Below, piece after piece: positions 16,427-25,066 of a stretch of 25,066 bases of DNA (the stretch's first letter is position 1; the number at the start of each line of letters is the position of its first letter). The stretch spans positions 1-25,066 of the forward strand of contig CAZOYD010000050.1 of assembly GCA_964583985.1 (NCBI GenBank). Direction: 5' to 3'. Origin of the DNA: an uncultured archaeon (GTDB lineage Archaea > Asgardarchaeota > Lokiarchaeia > Sigyniarchaeales > SOKP01). The position numbers were made by a program, and so were the translations under genes. A model generated the notes under the pieces. It did no database searches and was not told the origin of the DNA. It saw only the letters and a list, made by a program, of their open reading frames with translations.

Positions 16427-18790
16427 TTAATTCAATATTATTAATTTCCTTTTTTTTGGTAAAGAAACTTTTTCAACCCCTAATTCCTTCACGTAATCTA
16501 CAACTTCAATTAAATTCTTTGCAGATTGGTGAAAGAAGCATACTTCTTTAGGTTCTAAGGCTTTAATCATTTCAGCTAATTGATTTTTATCAGCATGAAG
16601 TTTTATTTGTAATTGCGGAGCAAACGTATTTATTAGCATTGCTCGAAATGGAACACTCCACGATTCGGTAAATGTAATTTCTTGACCTCCATTTATTAGA
16701 TTTAATCCGGGTTCTTCGTGAATTGAGCCAGCAAGAAACACCAAATTGTGAGGATTACGGCCAATTACATTGATGATGTTCCGAATGATACCGTAGGATA
16801 AATCTGGTGGGTGACTGATGATTATGTTATTTTTTTTCTTTAAAAAATCTAAATCATTCAGATCAAACCATCTAAATTTTATAGAATTAAAGGGATTTGC
16901 TTTATCCTTTATCAATTTAGAAATTGGACCGTAAATGTATTGATAACGATGATTAATTACTTGAATATTTTTTCTTACCATCATATCTACATAAATATTG
17001 GGACGCTTTGTGAATCCTTTTTGTCTCAATTGTAACTTCCTAAAGTACCTCCAAAATATAAGCATGAACGTAATTGCTAAACTCGAGGGATCTGTCCCAA
17101 TTAACACGTTATCTTCGTATTCCGCTTTTTGTTCCATGAATAAAATGAGGCTATGAAATTGATCAGAGATATTCCCATGATCTTCTTTTGCACTAGTTCC
17201 ATCTATTAACAAATAATCAATTGGTCTTGAAATTTGTTCTAAAAACCTTTTAGTTCCAGAAAAAGGAGTAATATCATTGTAAGTATAATCTCCAGTATAA
17301 AGGAAACGAAATTCATTAACTTTTATTAAAATCATTAAAGCTCCCGGCATGTGACCAGCATGAAAGAATGAGAAATAACAATTTTTTTCTTTAAATTCTA
17401 ATTTTTCACCATTCTCTACATATATTACATTCTTGACTATGTTGCGATATTCTTCTTCCTCAATTTCTTCAAAAGTTTCTTGTTTTAAGAATTTTGAATC
17501 TCTTAAGAGGAATAGATCCATTGTTATCCGGGAACTTAAGATTGGAACGTCGGGATACATTTGTATTAATTTTTTTAGTCCCGAAACGTGATCATAATGA
17601 CTATGTGAAATAAAAATCGCATCAATTTTAGGCAAAAATAAAGATTTTTCCTTTAAATCATTAATTTCGGAATCTTCAAATTGAGTTCCTTGTTCTTGTA
17701 TTTCTTGGCTTAGTTCTTCATTGTGAAGTTCTTCATTTTCTGCTTCCTTTATCAATTCGGGTAAGTTATCGAGATAATCAATAATATTTTGAAAATCATT
17801 GTATTTCTTAATTGGGAAATTCATGTCATTGGGTTCATTTTCTTCGGTATCATCAGGTTCATACTCTGAAATTCCGCAATCCAGAAGAAAATTTAAATCC
17901 CCTAAACCTAGAATATGACAATTATGATTAGGTTTTAATACAATAGGATAGATAGAAACCCTAATTTTTTCATTTTTAATTTTTGAGAGAGAGATGTTGT
18001 TAAAATAATTGGAATCATACCTTTTTTCTATTTTATCGATTGCGAGGGAGATCTCACTTTTTCCGACGGGGACACCAGTGATATAAAAATACCATCCATA
18101 TTTCTTAACCAATTTCTCAAGATTATCATACATTTTATCTCCATTTAAAGCCTTTATTACAATTACTTTTTCTTTTATGTAATAGATGATATTTCTAATT
18201 GATTTTTTTTCTTCTATTGGTACTAATAGATTATTGTCAAAAAGATCATCCAAGACTTCCAATATATTCATTTGAGGGATATTTTTTGACTGTATTAGTT
18301 TAGAATAATGAAAATATTCTTTAGTATGATATAAAGAACGCATATTTAGTTTTTCTTCAACTGAGATGGTTAGATCTTCAAAAATGTAATCTTGTGAGCC
18401 TACAATCTCTTCCTTCTTCTTTTGCTTTTCCTTTTTTTTCTTTGGTTCTGAAATTTGTTTTTTTTCGTTTTCTGAAACAAAGAAAAACCATCCATACTGG
18501 TTAATTAACTTATCTCGATTCCATATAATATCCTTACCTGATGTAGTAATAAGAATAATAATTCTATCATTTGAAGAATAAATTACCTTAGAAATAGATT
18601 TTTTAGATTTTTTAGAAATTATAGTGTCCTCGGAAAAAAAATGTGTAAAAACATCCGTTATTGATTTTTGTATAATACCCCTCTTTTCCATATAACGTAA
18701 TTTATCCTTATAAATTTTAATTTTATAAGAGGAGCTTAATATATCTACTTCTTCAAGGATAATCGTGTTATCTGCAAATTTATATTCCAT
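16427..18790 (-). CDS. Metallo-beta-lactamase/beta-CASP family nuclease with duplicated N-terminal domain
   Basis: LLDCG, SHSHYDH, AGHMPGA, LYTGDY, LIDGT, LHAD, FFHQ correspond to MBL motifs I-IV and beta-CASP motifs A-C. Confidence 0.88.
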   Translation of the reverse strand: MEYKFADNTIILEEVDILSSSYKIKIYKDKLRYMEKRGIIQKSITDVFTHFFSEDTIISKKSKKSISKVIYSSNDRIIILITTSGKDIIWNRDKLINQYGWFFFVSENEKKQISEPKKKKEKQKKKEEIVGSQDYIFEDLTISVEEKLNMRSLYHTKEYFHYSKLIQSKNIPQMNILEVLDDLFDNNLLVPIEEKKSIRNIIYYIKEKVIVIKALNGDKMYDNLEKLVKKYGWYFYITGVPVGKSEISLAIDKIEKRYDSNYFNNISLSKIKNEKIRVSIYPIVLKPNHNCHILGLGDLNFLLDCGISEYEPDDTEENEPNDMNFPIKKYNDFQNIIDYLDNLPELIKEAENEELHNEELSQEIQEQGTQFEDSEINDLKEKSLFLPKIDAIFISHSHYDHVSGLKKLIQMYPDVPILSSRITMDLFLLRDSKFLKQETFEEIEEEEYRNIVKNVIYVENGEKLEFKEKNCYFSFFHAGHMPGALMILIKVNEFRFLYTGDYTYNDITPFSGTKRFLEQISRPIDYLLIDGTSAKEDHGNISDQFHSLILFMEQKAEYEDNVLIGTDPSSLAITFMLIFWRYFRKLQLRQKGFTKRPNIYVDMMVRKNIQVINHRYQYIYGPISKLIKDKANPFNSIKFRWFDLNDLDFLKKKNNIIISHPPDLSYGIIRNIINVIGRNPHNLVFLAGSIHEEPGLNLINGGQEITFTESWSVPFRAMLINTFAPQLQIKLHADKNQLAEMIKALEPKEVCFFHQSAKNLIEVVDYVKELGVEKVSLPKKRKLIILN

Positions 18791-18890
18791 TTACTTAAAA
18801 CAATTTTTCAATTAAAAAAAGATTATTGGATAAAATTATATGTGAGAGAGAAAATTGTAGGATTTTTTGATGATTTGCTTCCATTTTAAA

Positions 18891-19295
18891 TTATTTATAC
18901 TTCGTATATTTAATTTCATCTAAAACAGTCATCAATTCACCAATGGGATAATTCTTATTTTTTATTATCATTTCAACATTAGGGAATTTTAAGCCACTTA
19001 AGAGATCCTTATAATTATCTTTAGAAAATTCTATTCCAATTAAATCAGGTAACGCTTTATTAGCATATAATGCACCAGTGAGCTCTTGAAATCTTGGATG
19101 AAGGAATTCTTCTATGGTTTTGCTAAACTTTATGCTAAGCAAAGGAGCAACTGAGATTAAATCAATAATTTCAGTTAAAATTTGAATTTGATTTTTGCTT
19201 AATTTGGCAATTCCGTATTCTTTTCCCTTTTTTTTATACTCATCCTTTATATAAAAAATATCATCTTTTAAAATATTATATTCATATTCTCTCAT
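18891..19295 (-). CDS. Hypothetical protein
   Basis: 134-aa ATG ORF filling the gap, co-oriented with neighbours; no motif recognised. Confidence 0.7.
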   Translation of the reverse strand: MREYEYNILKDDIFYIKDEYKKKGKEYGIAKLSKNQIQILTEIIDLISVAPLLSIKFSKTIEEFLHPRFQELTGALYANKALPDLIGIEFSKDNYKDLLSGLKFPNVEMIIKNKNYPIGELMTVLDEIKYTKYK

Positions 19296-19413
19296 GAGTG
19301 TATTTCTTCTATTATCTCAATTATTAAGATTATTTAGCACATTCTATTTTAAAAACTTTTATATATTATAGATACATCCTACGTATGTAAACTCAATAAA
19401 AGTGGTTTAATGA

Positions 19414-20055
19414 TTAATTATATAGTTTTAATAATTTTGAAATATCAATTGGACCTCTTATGTTTATTAAACTCACTAAATTTTTATCTAAAGGTTGAAT
19501 CAGTTGTTCTACTGAGACATAATTTATTTTCCATTGTTTATCGATTAAATTGAGTAAACCGTAATTTTCGTTCATTAAAATCTCTTTTGCGCGTTCAAAT
19601 CCTTTTTCAACTGGATAAATAGCAAAAAACGGTTCTAAAAATCCATTTCCCCATCGAGGGATGCTACAATCATATCCTTCAGATTGTTGAATCATGAATT
19701 TGATAACTTCAGCTTTAATCAAAGGCATATCACATGATAGAACGAAAGCTTTTTCAAAATTTAGCTTTTTTAGTTGTTTAAATCCCGAATAAATTCCAAG
19801 CATTGGCTTAAATATATGCTGGTGCTTGAAAATATCCCTATCATCAATAATAAACTTAATGTCTTCGGGGAATTCTATCATATCCCGATACTCATAAATT
19901 TGATCTTGTGAATGAGCAACGAGAAATACATCTTGATCAATACCTGATAACGTTTCAATTTGATGAAGAATTAACGGTTTTCCTAATATATTAATAACTG
20001 CTTTTTCAATCCCAAATCGAGTGCTTTTTCCTCCAATAAGTATAAGAATAGCCAA
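19414..20055 (-). CDS. mobA: Molybdenum cofactor guanylyltransferase-like NTP transferase
   Basis: LIGGKSTRFGIEKA, GKPLI, PMLGIYSG, VLSCDMP, LEPFFAIY. Start may be ATC at 20073. Confidence 0.8.
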   Translation of the reverse strand: MAILILIGGKSTRFGIEKAVINILGKPLILHQIETLSGIDQDVFLVAHSQDQIYEYRDMIEFPEDIKFIIDDRDIFKHQHIFKPMLGIYSGFKQLKKLNFEKAFVLSCDMPLIKAEVIKFMIQQSEGYDCSIPRWGNGFLEPFFAIYPVEKGFERAKEILMNENYGLLNLIDKQWKINYVSVEQLIQPLDKNLVSLINIRGPIDISKLLKLYN

Positions 20056-20258
20056 ATTCTTCTTATTTTCGATAAAATTTCACCTTGCTTTATATTGTTT
20101 AATTTTAATTAGTCTCTAAATACATCAATATTAATATTTTTCTTACTCAATAGATCATTAAAATTTTACTTTGGCATTAAATCATAAATAAATTAACTTT
20201 ATATGTTTTTATGTTTTTGATAATAATTATTTAAAGAGAATTAAATTGGATACGCTAC

Positions 20259-21563
20259 ATGAATCTACCGCTTTTAATATTCCTTTTTATTATATTTATA
20301 ATCATATTAATTAGTTATTCCTCAAAGAAATTTGATTTTGTGGCTACTTCTCTTCTGGGATGTTTTGTTGCGGGGACGGTAACTGGTTTAATCTATGGAT
20401 TAGATATAAATTACTTCATCGGACACATAGAATTTGAAGCTTTGATTGTAATATTAAGCATGAGCATTATTACAAAGATCGCTCAAGATTCAAATATATT
20501 AGAATATGTAGCCGTAAAGTTATTTAAAATATCAAAAGGGAATAGAACAATCTTTTTTTATCTAATATGTATTATAACCACGCTTTTGGCTGCAATTATA
20601 AGTGATGTAGTTGTTGTTTTAATATTAGCACCGGTGGTAATTCGTTTATGTAGATTTTTAAATACTCGAGCTGGAACTTATCTACTTGGAATGACAATTT
20701 GTATCAATATTGGTTCGATCATTACTCCATTTTCATCTGGAGAAAACATAATTATCTCAACTTATTTTCATTTAGACACCGTATATTTTATCGTATATTA
20801 TTGGGGATTTTCTTTTTTCTTATTATTTATTACGATATTTCTAATGAATAGATGGTATTTAAGAAAGGAACCAGAAATAAAGGAAGAACAAAAGAAATTT
20901 GTATTAGAATTAGTGGATGCAAACATCATGATTAAGAGTAGAAAAATGTTTTACTTTAATAGCACTGTTATTATTATTACAATAGCTCTTTTCGCTATAT
21001 TACCTTTATTATACCTTACTGCGGGAGTGGCTGCGTTTTTTCTCATTTTGGCAAATAAAAAGTTCACAAAAAAAAGAACCAGTGATTTGTTCAAGGATAT
21101 AGAATGGGAGATCATATTCTTTTTTATTTCGCTTTACGTGGTAATAGCTTGCATGTTAAAAGCTGGATTTAAAGAGATTTTTGAAAGCATCCCATTCCAA
21201 GCTTTAGATCCTTTCATGTTAAGTCTGATTATCCTCATTCTAGTCAGTCTTATTTCAGGTTTTGTGGCAAACACGCCAACAGCATTAATTTTCATACCGA
21301 TAATCGATTTGTTAATACAAACGTTTCATTTCCCTTCTGTTACATTATATTTTGCTTTCATTATTGCCATTAATATTGGAGGAAACTTAATACCTCAAGG
21401 TGCTGCTTGCGATATGATGACCTTAAAGATTGCTCAGAATAACTCCGTCGAGAATTTGAATTTTAAGAGGTTATTAAAAGTAGGGGCTACATTTGCGATT
21501 ATTCACGTGCTCTTATCTATAGTCTACTTGTTTTTATTAAGTCTATTTACTGGAGGAGTTTAA
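20259..21563 (+). CDS. ArsB/NhaD/SLC13 (ion transporter superfamily) permease
   Basis: Highly hydrophobic; NIGSIITPFSSGENII, DIEWEIIFFFISLYVV, SGFVANTP, NIGGNLIPQGA. Confidence 0.85.
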   Translation: MNLPLLIFLFIIFIIILISYSSKKFDFVATSLLGCFVAGTVTGLIYGLDINYFIGHIEFEALIVILSMSIITKIAQDSNILEYVAVKLFKISKGNRTIFFYLICIITTLLAAIISDVVVVLILAPVVIRLCRFLNTRAGTYLLGMTICINIGSIITPFSSGENIIISTYFHLDTVYFIVYYWGFSFFLLFITIFLMNRWYLRKEPEIKEEQKKFVLELVDANIMIKSRKMFYFNSTVIIITIALFAILPLLYLTAGVAAFFLILANKKFTKKRTSDLFKDIEWEIIFFFISLYVVIACMLKAGFKEIFESIPFQALDPFMLSLIILILVSLISGFVANTPTALIFIPIIDLLIQTFHFPSVTLYFAFIIAINIGGNLIPQGAACDMMTLKIAQNNSVENLNFKRLLKVGATFAIIHVLLSIVYLFLLSLFTGGV

Positions 21564-21568
21564 ATTGA

Positions 21569-22687
21569 TCAGGTTTTAAAGAAATCAATCATAATGAAAA
21601 TGAATTCCATGACAAAAATAAAAGTCAAGAGTATTTCTAAATATAATAAATATCCTTCCTTCTTATTTGTTTGAGCGTTAGTATAAATTTCTCCAATTAT
21701 ATCAAGGCGATGTCTGATACTATCACTCCATTGCTTCATTTGGAACAATTCTGAAAGATCTATATATATTTGAGCTAAAAAATAATTTCCAATCAATTTT
21801 GAGACATTTTCAATATTTTCTAATATGAAAGTTAAATCATATTTTATTCTCAATAATTTACCCACTTTTTTATTTAATCTCTTGAGCATGGGAGAACCAG
21901 TAGAATAGATCTTGCGGATATCTTCTTCTGCAATATTTAATCTTTTTTCCAACAATATATCTAATACGCGTAATCCCAGCAATTGATAATTCGCGATCTC
22001 TGCAACAAGTAAAATGTCTTCATAATCTCTATTAGGATCGAAAATGATGCCACGATCAAAATCCAAAATTACTAGATCATTTTTTAAAAACGATTTTGGT
22101 TTTCCCAAAGTCTCATCAATTTGAGTATCATGTAAGTCAAGATTAGGATCTTCTCCCTGTAATAAGCAAGCCAAGTATTTTTTATTTTTTTCGACCAACT
22201 CTGTAGGATTGATGTCATCAGTAATACAATAGAGTGTGTATTTTTCACGCTCAATCTTCTCCAATCCAAATTCTGGTTCTTCGATATGTTCTTTAATTCG
22301 GAGAAAAATTTCTTCACTTTGAAATTTTAAGTATTGATTAATATTATATTCGGTTTCTTGAATGGTAAATTTGATTCTCCTTAACTGGTGAAGTTCTTTT
22401 AGTGGAACATCTGCAAATCTTAATCGAGCTATTAATGAAATCACTCCATCTTCATATAATTTAATTTGAAGTGCTATTAAATTTATATAGCTCGATTCAG
22501 TTCTTAACTCTTGCTGTACTTCCAAATTCAAACTTTCTGGAAAAACGATATACGAGGGAGTGTCTTTTGTTTTAAAACTTTTTTTATCATGAATACCTGG
22601 GAAAATCGAACTTGCCGCTTGAAGAGAAATTTTTCTACCAACATCAGTTAAACGCATGAAAATTACTTCACCATTCAATATGACCAC
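21569..22687 (-). CDS. DUF155/RMD1-like protein with C-terminal TM helix
   Basis: ENVSKLIGNYFLAQIY..F..W..IRHRLD..Y..LEILLTFIFVMEF resembles the C-terminal pattern of RMD1/DUF155-related proteins. Start may be TTG 22678. Confidence 0.6.
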   Translation of the reverse strand: MVILNGEVIFMRLTDVGRKISLQAASSIFPGIHDKKSFKTKDTPSYIVFPESLNLEVQQELRTESSYINLIALQIKLYEDGVISLIARLRFADVPLKELHQLRRIKFTIQETEYNINQYLKFQSEEIFLRIKEHIEEPEFGLEKIEREKYTLYCITDDINPTELVEKNKKYLACLLQGEDPNLDLHDTQIDETLGKPKSFLKNDLVILDFDRGIIFDPNRDYEDILLVAEIANYQLLGLRVLDILLEKRLNIAEEDIRKIYSTGSPMLKRLNKKVGKLLRIKYDLTFILENIENVSKLIGNYFLAQIYIDLSELFQMKQWSDSIRHRLDIIGEIYTNAQTNKKEGYLLYLEILLTFIFVMEFIFIMIDFFKT

Positions 22688-23890
22688 CTAACTTCTAATT
22701 TGTTTATTTTGTAAAGGAGATATCTGCCTTAATCTTTTTATGACATGAGGTAATTGTTCAAGAAAATAATTAATATCCTCTTCCACCGTGAACCTTCCTA
22801 ATGAGATCCTTAAAGAGCCATGGGCATCTTGTGGGGGCAATCCGATAGCAAGAAGAACATGAGAAGGTTCCAATGACTTGGAGGAACAAGCTGAACCAGT
22901 GGAGGTTGCAATTCCTATTGAGTCTAAATCTAAAACAATGGATTCTCCCTCAATGTATTTAAATCCCAAATTCACATTATTGGGTAATCTTAATGTTGGA
23001 TGACCATTTAAATAACTATCTTGGATGGTTTCTAATACAGTTTTTATTATCATATCTCTAAATCTTGTTTGACACCTGATTTCTGTAGCCATTTCATCCC
23101 TAGCCAATTCAACTGCTTTTGCAAAAGCTGCTATCCCAGGTACATTTACGGTACTGGGCCTCATATCTCTTTCATGACCTCCACCAAACATGATAGGCTC
23201 AATATATTTTCCCCAACTTGAACTTATCCCTTTATTCCGTATAAATAGCATTCCAACGCCTTTAGGACCATATAATTTATGAGCAGATGCAGACAATAGA
23301 TCTATGTTTAACTCATTAACATCGATCGGAATTTTCCCAAAAGCTTGGACCCCGTCAGAATGAAAAAGTACATCATGTTTTTTGGCGATTTTACCGATCT
23401 CTTTAATAGGTTCGATTGTTCCAATTTCATTATTAGCAAGCATTATACTTATTAATATGGTTTTGTCAGTAATAGATTCTTCCAATTGATTTACATCAAT
23501 TAGACCTTGCTTATTTACGGGCAAATACGTGATCTCAAAGCCTTGTTTTTCTAAATTATGACAAGTATTTATTACCGCATGATGCTCGATATTACTTGTA
23601 ATGATGTGATTTCCCCGTGATTTATTTTTTCTAGCCACTCCCAAAAGTGCGATGTTATCCGATTCAGTACCTGAAGAAGTAAAAAATATATCATTTCTTT
23701 CAGCATTTATTAACGAAGCAATAGTTTTTCTAGATTTATTTAATGTTTTTGCTGATTTTTGTCCCATAGCATGTAAGCTAGAGGAATTCCCATAGTTTTC
23801 TTTCATCTGTTTATTAAATTCTTCTATTACGCGAGGATCCATTGGAGTTGTTGCGCCATAATCAAAATAAATATAATTCGAAATATCCAT
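22688..23890 (-). CDS. iscS: Cysteine desulfurase, group I (IscS/NifS)
   Basis: YFDYGATTP, TSSGTESDN, IEHHAV, ANNEIGT, SAHKLYGPKG (PLP Lys), STGSACSS (catalytic Cys). Confidence 0.96.
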   Translation of the reverse strand: MDISNYIYFDYGATTPMDPRVIEEFNKQMKENYGNSSSLHAMGQKSAKTLNKSRKTIASLINAERNDIFFTSSGTESDNIALLGVARKNKSRGNHIITSNIEHHAVINTCHNLEKQGFEITYLPVNKQGLIDVNQLEESITDKTILISIMLANNEIGTIEPIKEIGKIAKKHDVLFHSDGVQAFGKIPIDVNELNIDLLSASAHKLYGPKGVGMLFIRNKGISSSWGKYIEPIMFGGGHERDMRPSTVNVPGIAAFAKAVELARDEMATEIRCQTRFRDMIIKTVLETIQDSYLNGHPTLRLPNNVNLGFKYIEGESIVLDLDSIGIATSTGSACSSKSLEPSHVLLAIGLPPQDAHGSLRISLGRFTVEEDINYFLEQLPHVIKRLRQISPLQNKQIRS

Positions 23891-24210
23891 AATTGATCAA
23901 GATTCTTTTAATGCAATAATTAGCATACTTAAATTATTAACTCTTATAATTGGGTTTACATATAGTTTTGTTATCATAATAATCATAGTTTATGCAAAAA
24001 TCTTCTAATTAGATTCTTTTTTGTGTCTATTTTATATGGATATATTTAAATTGAACCACTTTTACTAGTTTTATGCATAATTTAGATCTTAAGTCAATTT
24101 CTAGTTAAAACATTATGAGTAATTATATGATGAGAACGAAACATTAATTTCAAAAATTATAAAAGATAGGATATTAAAGAATATCTAAAAAAAAGGGTTT
24201 AGAATTTAAG

Positions 24211-25066
24211 ATGGAAAGCAATAAGGTTAAAACGAATGAACAAAAATTAATAGAATCTAAGGAAAGATATCGCCTTATTTCTGAGAATGCAAATGATTTA
24301 TTTGCCGTTTTAAATAATAAATTTGAATTTGATTATATAAATGAAAAGGCTTATCAAAAAATTCTAGGCTATTCTAAGGAGGATATATTGGGGAAAGCAC
24401 ATTATGAGATTATTAATCCAGAAGATCATAAAATATCTCATAAAATATTAAGAGGAGGTTTTAAAAAGGGCGGATCAACGGGGGAATTAAGACTTCGACA
24501 CAAAAATGGAAAATATATTTGGGTAGAAACTAAAGTATCAGTCTTTAAAAATTCTGATGGTCTATTAAAAGTAATAACAATCTCAAGAGATATAACTGAC
24601 CGAATATTGTCAGAAAAACGCTTAAAAGAATCTGAAGAGAAATATAGATTAATATCTGAAGGTTCCGATGATTTAATATTAGCTTATAATGAAAAGATGG
24701 AAATAGAATATGTTAATGGGGAAACTCACGAAAGAGCTTTAGGGTATTTTGCTCCTCTTTTTTGGAATCAGAAATTTTTATTTTCCATCGTTCATCCAGA
24801 TGATACTAAGATTTTAGGATCTGCTATTAGAGAGGGATATAAAGGGGGGCCTTATAAACTACAAATCAGATATAAGCATGAAAAGGGGGATTATTTATGG
24901 TTTGAATTTAGAGGAAAAAAATTCTATGATAAAAATGGTTCTCAAAAATCGTTAGTTGTTGGAAGAGATATAACGGATATAAAGTTAGTTCAACAAAAAT
25001 TATTAGAATCAGAGGAAAAATTCAGAAATATTACTGAGCAAAATCTAATGGGGATTGGGATCTTAC
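24211..25066 (+). CDS. Multi-PAS (PAS S-box) sensor protein, truncated by window end (not in ORF track)
   Basis: Open frame from ATG 24211 to the end: MESNK..ESKERYRLISENANDL..LGYS..NPED..RHKNGKYIWVE..RDITD, a second PAS ESEEKYRLISE..HPDD..RDITD, and a third starting ESEEKFRNITE. Confidence 0.92.
   Translation, partial: MESNKVKTNEQKLIESKERYRLISENANDLFAVLNNKFEFDYINEKAYQKILGYSKEDILGKAHYEIINPEDHKISHKILRGGFKKGGSTGELRLRHKNGKYIWVETKVSVFKNSDGLLKVITISRDITDRILSEKRLKESEEKYRLISEGSDDLILAYNEKMEIEYVNGETHERALGYFAPLFWNQKFLFSIVHPDDTKILGSAIREGYKGGPYKLQIRYKHEKGDYLWFEFRGKKFYDKNGSQKSLVVGRDITDIKLVQQKLLESEEKFRNITEQNLMGIGIL

Noticed and set aside
16427-18790. Calling the nuclease aCPSF1/FttA
   Set aside because: The N-terminal repeats lack KH signatures and several core motifs deviate from aCPSF1.
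1978-22317. Other short track ORFs (1978, 4027, 5134, 6029, 6681, 6942, 12190, 13496, 13764, 14327, 16026, 22084)
   Set aside because: Each lies within or opposite a well-supported longer gene and has no motif of its own.
23891-24210. Short AT palindromes (e.g. TTATGCATAA) in the iscS/PAS divergent region
   Set aside because: Expected by chance at this AT content.

Overview
AT-rich, gene-dense archaeal window. It is most likely Asgard (Lokiarchaeia-like), inferred from a Loki-CTERM-like IPGYN-TM-KKK tail, Rpn11-like MPN proteins and GGTG/GTGA-type SD motifs. The left half holds a DUF285/BspA-like surface protein, then a cluster of three Rpn11/CSN5-like MPN(JAMM) proteins. Two of these are adjacent full-length paralogues, one catalytically intact (MPN+) and one degenerate (MPN-). 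Around them lie two zinc-ribbon proteins (one 48-aa ORF missing from the track), a TPP enzyme, a small winged-helix-like protein and a polytopic membrane protein with a duplicated winged-helix-like domain. The right half holds an MFS transporter, a Cu+ P1B ATPase with an elaborate metal-binding tail, iscU, a beta-CASP nuclease with an unrecognised duplicated N-terminal domain, a MobA-like protein, an ArsB/SLC13-like permease, a DUF155-like protein, iscS and a multi-PAS protein cut by the window edge. I saw no RNA genes, CRISPR arrays or mobile elements. The best candidates for an undescribed system are the MPN+/MPN- pair with its neighbours and the beta-CASP protein. All domain calls come from manual motif reading, not database searches.
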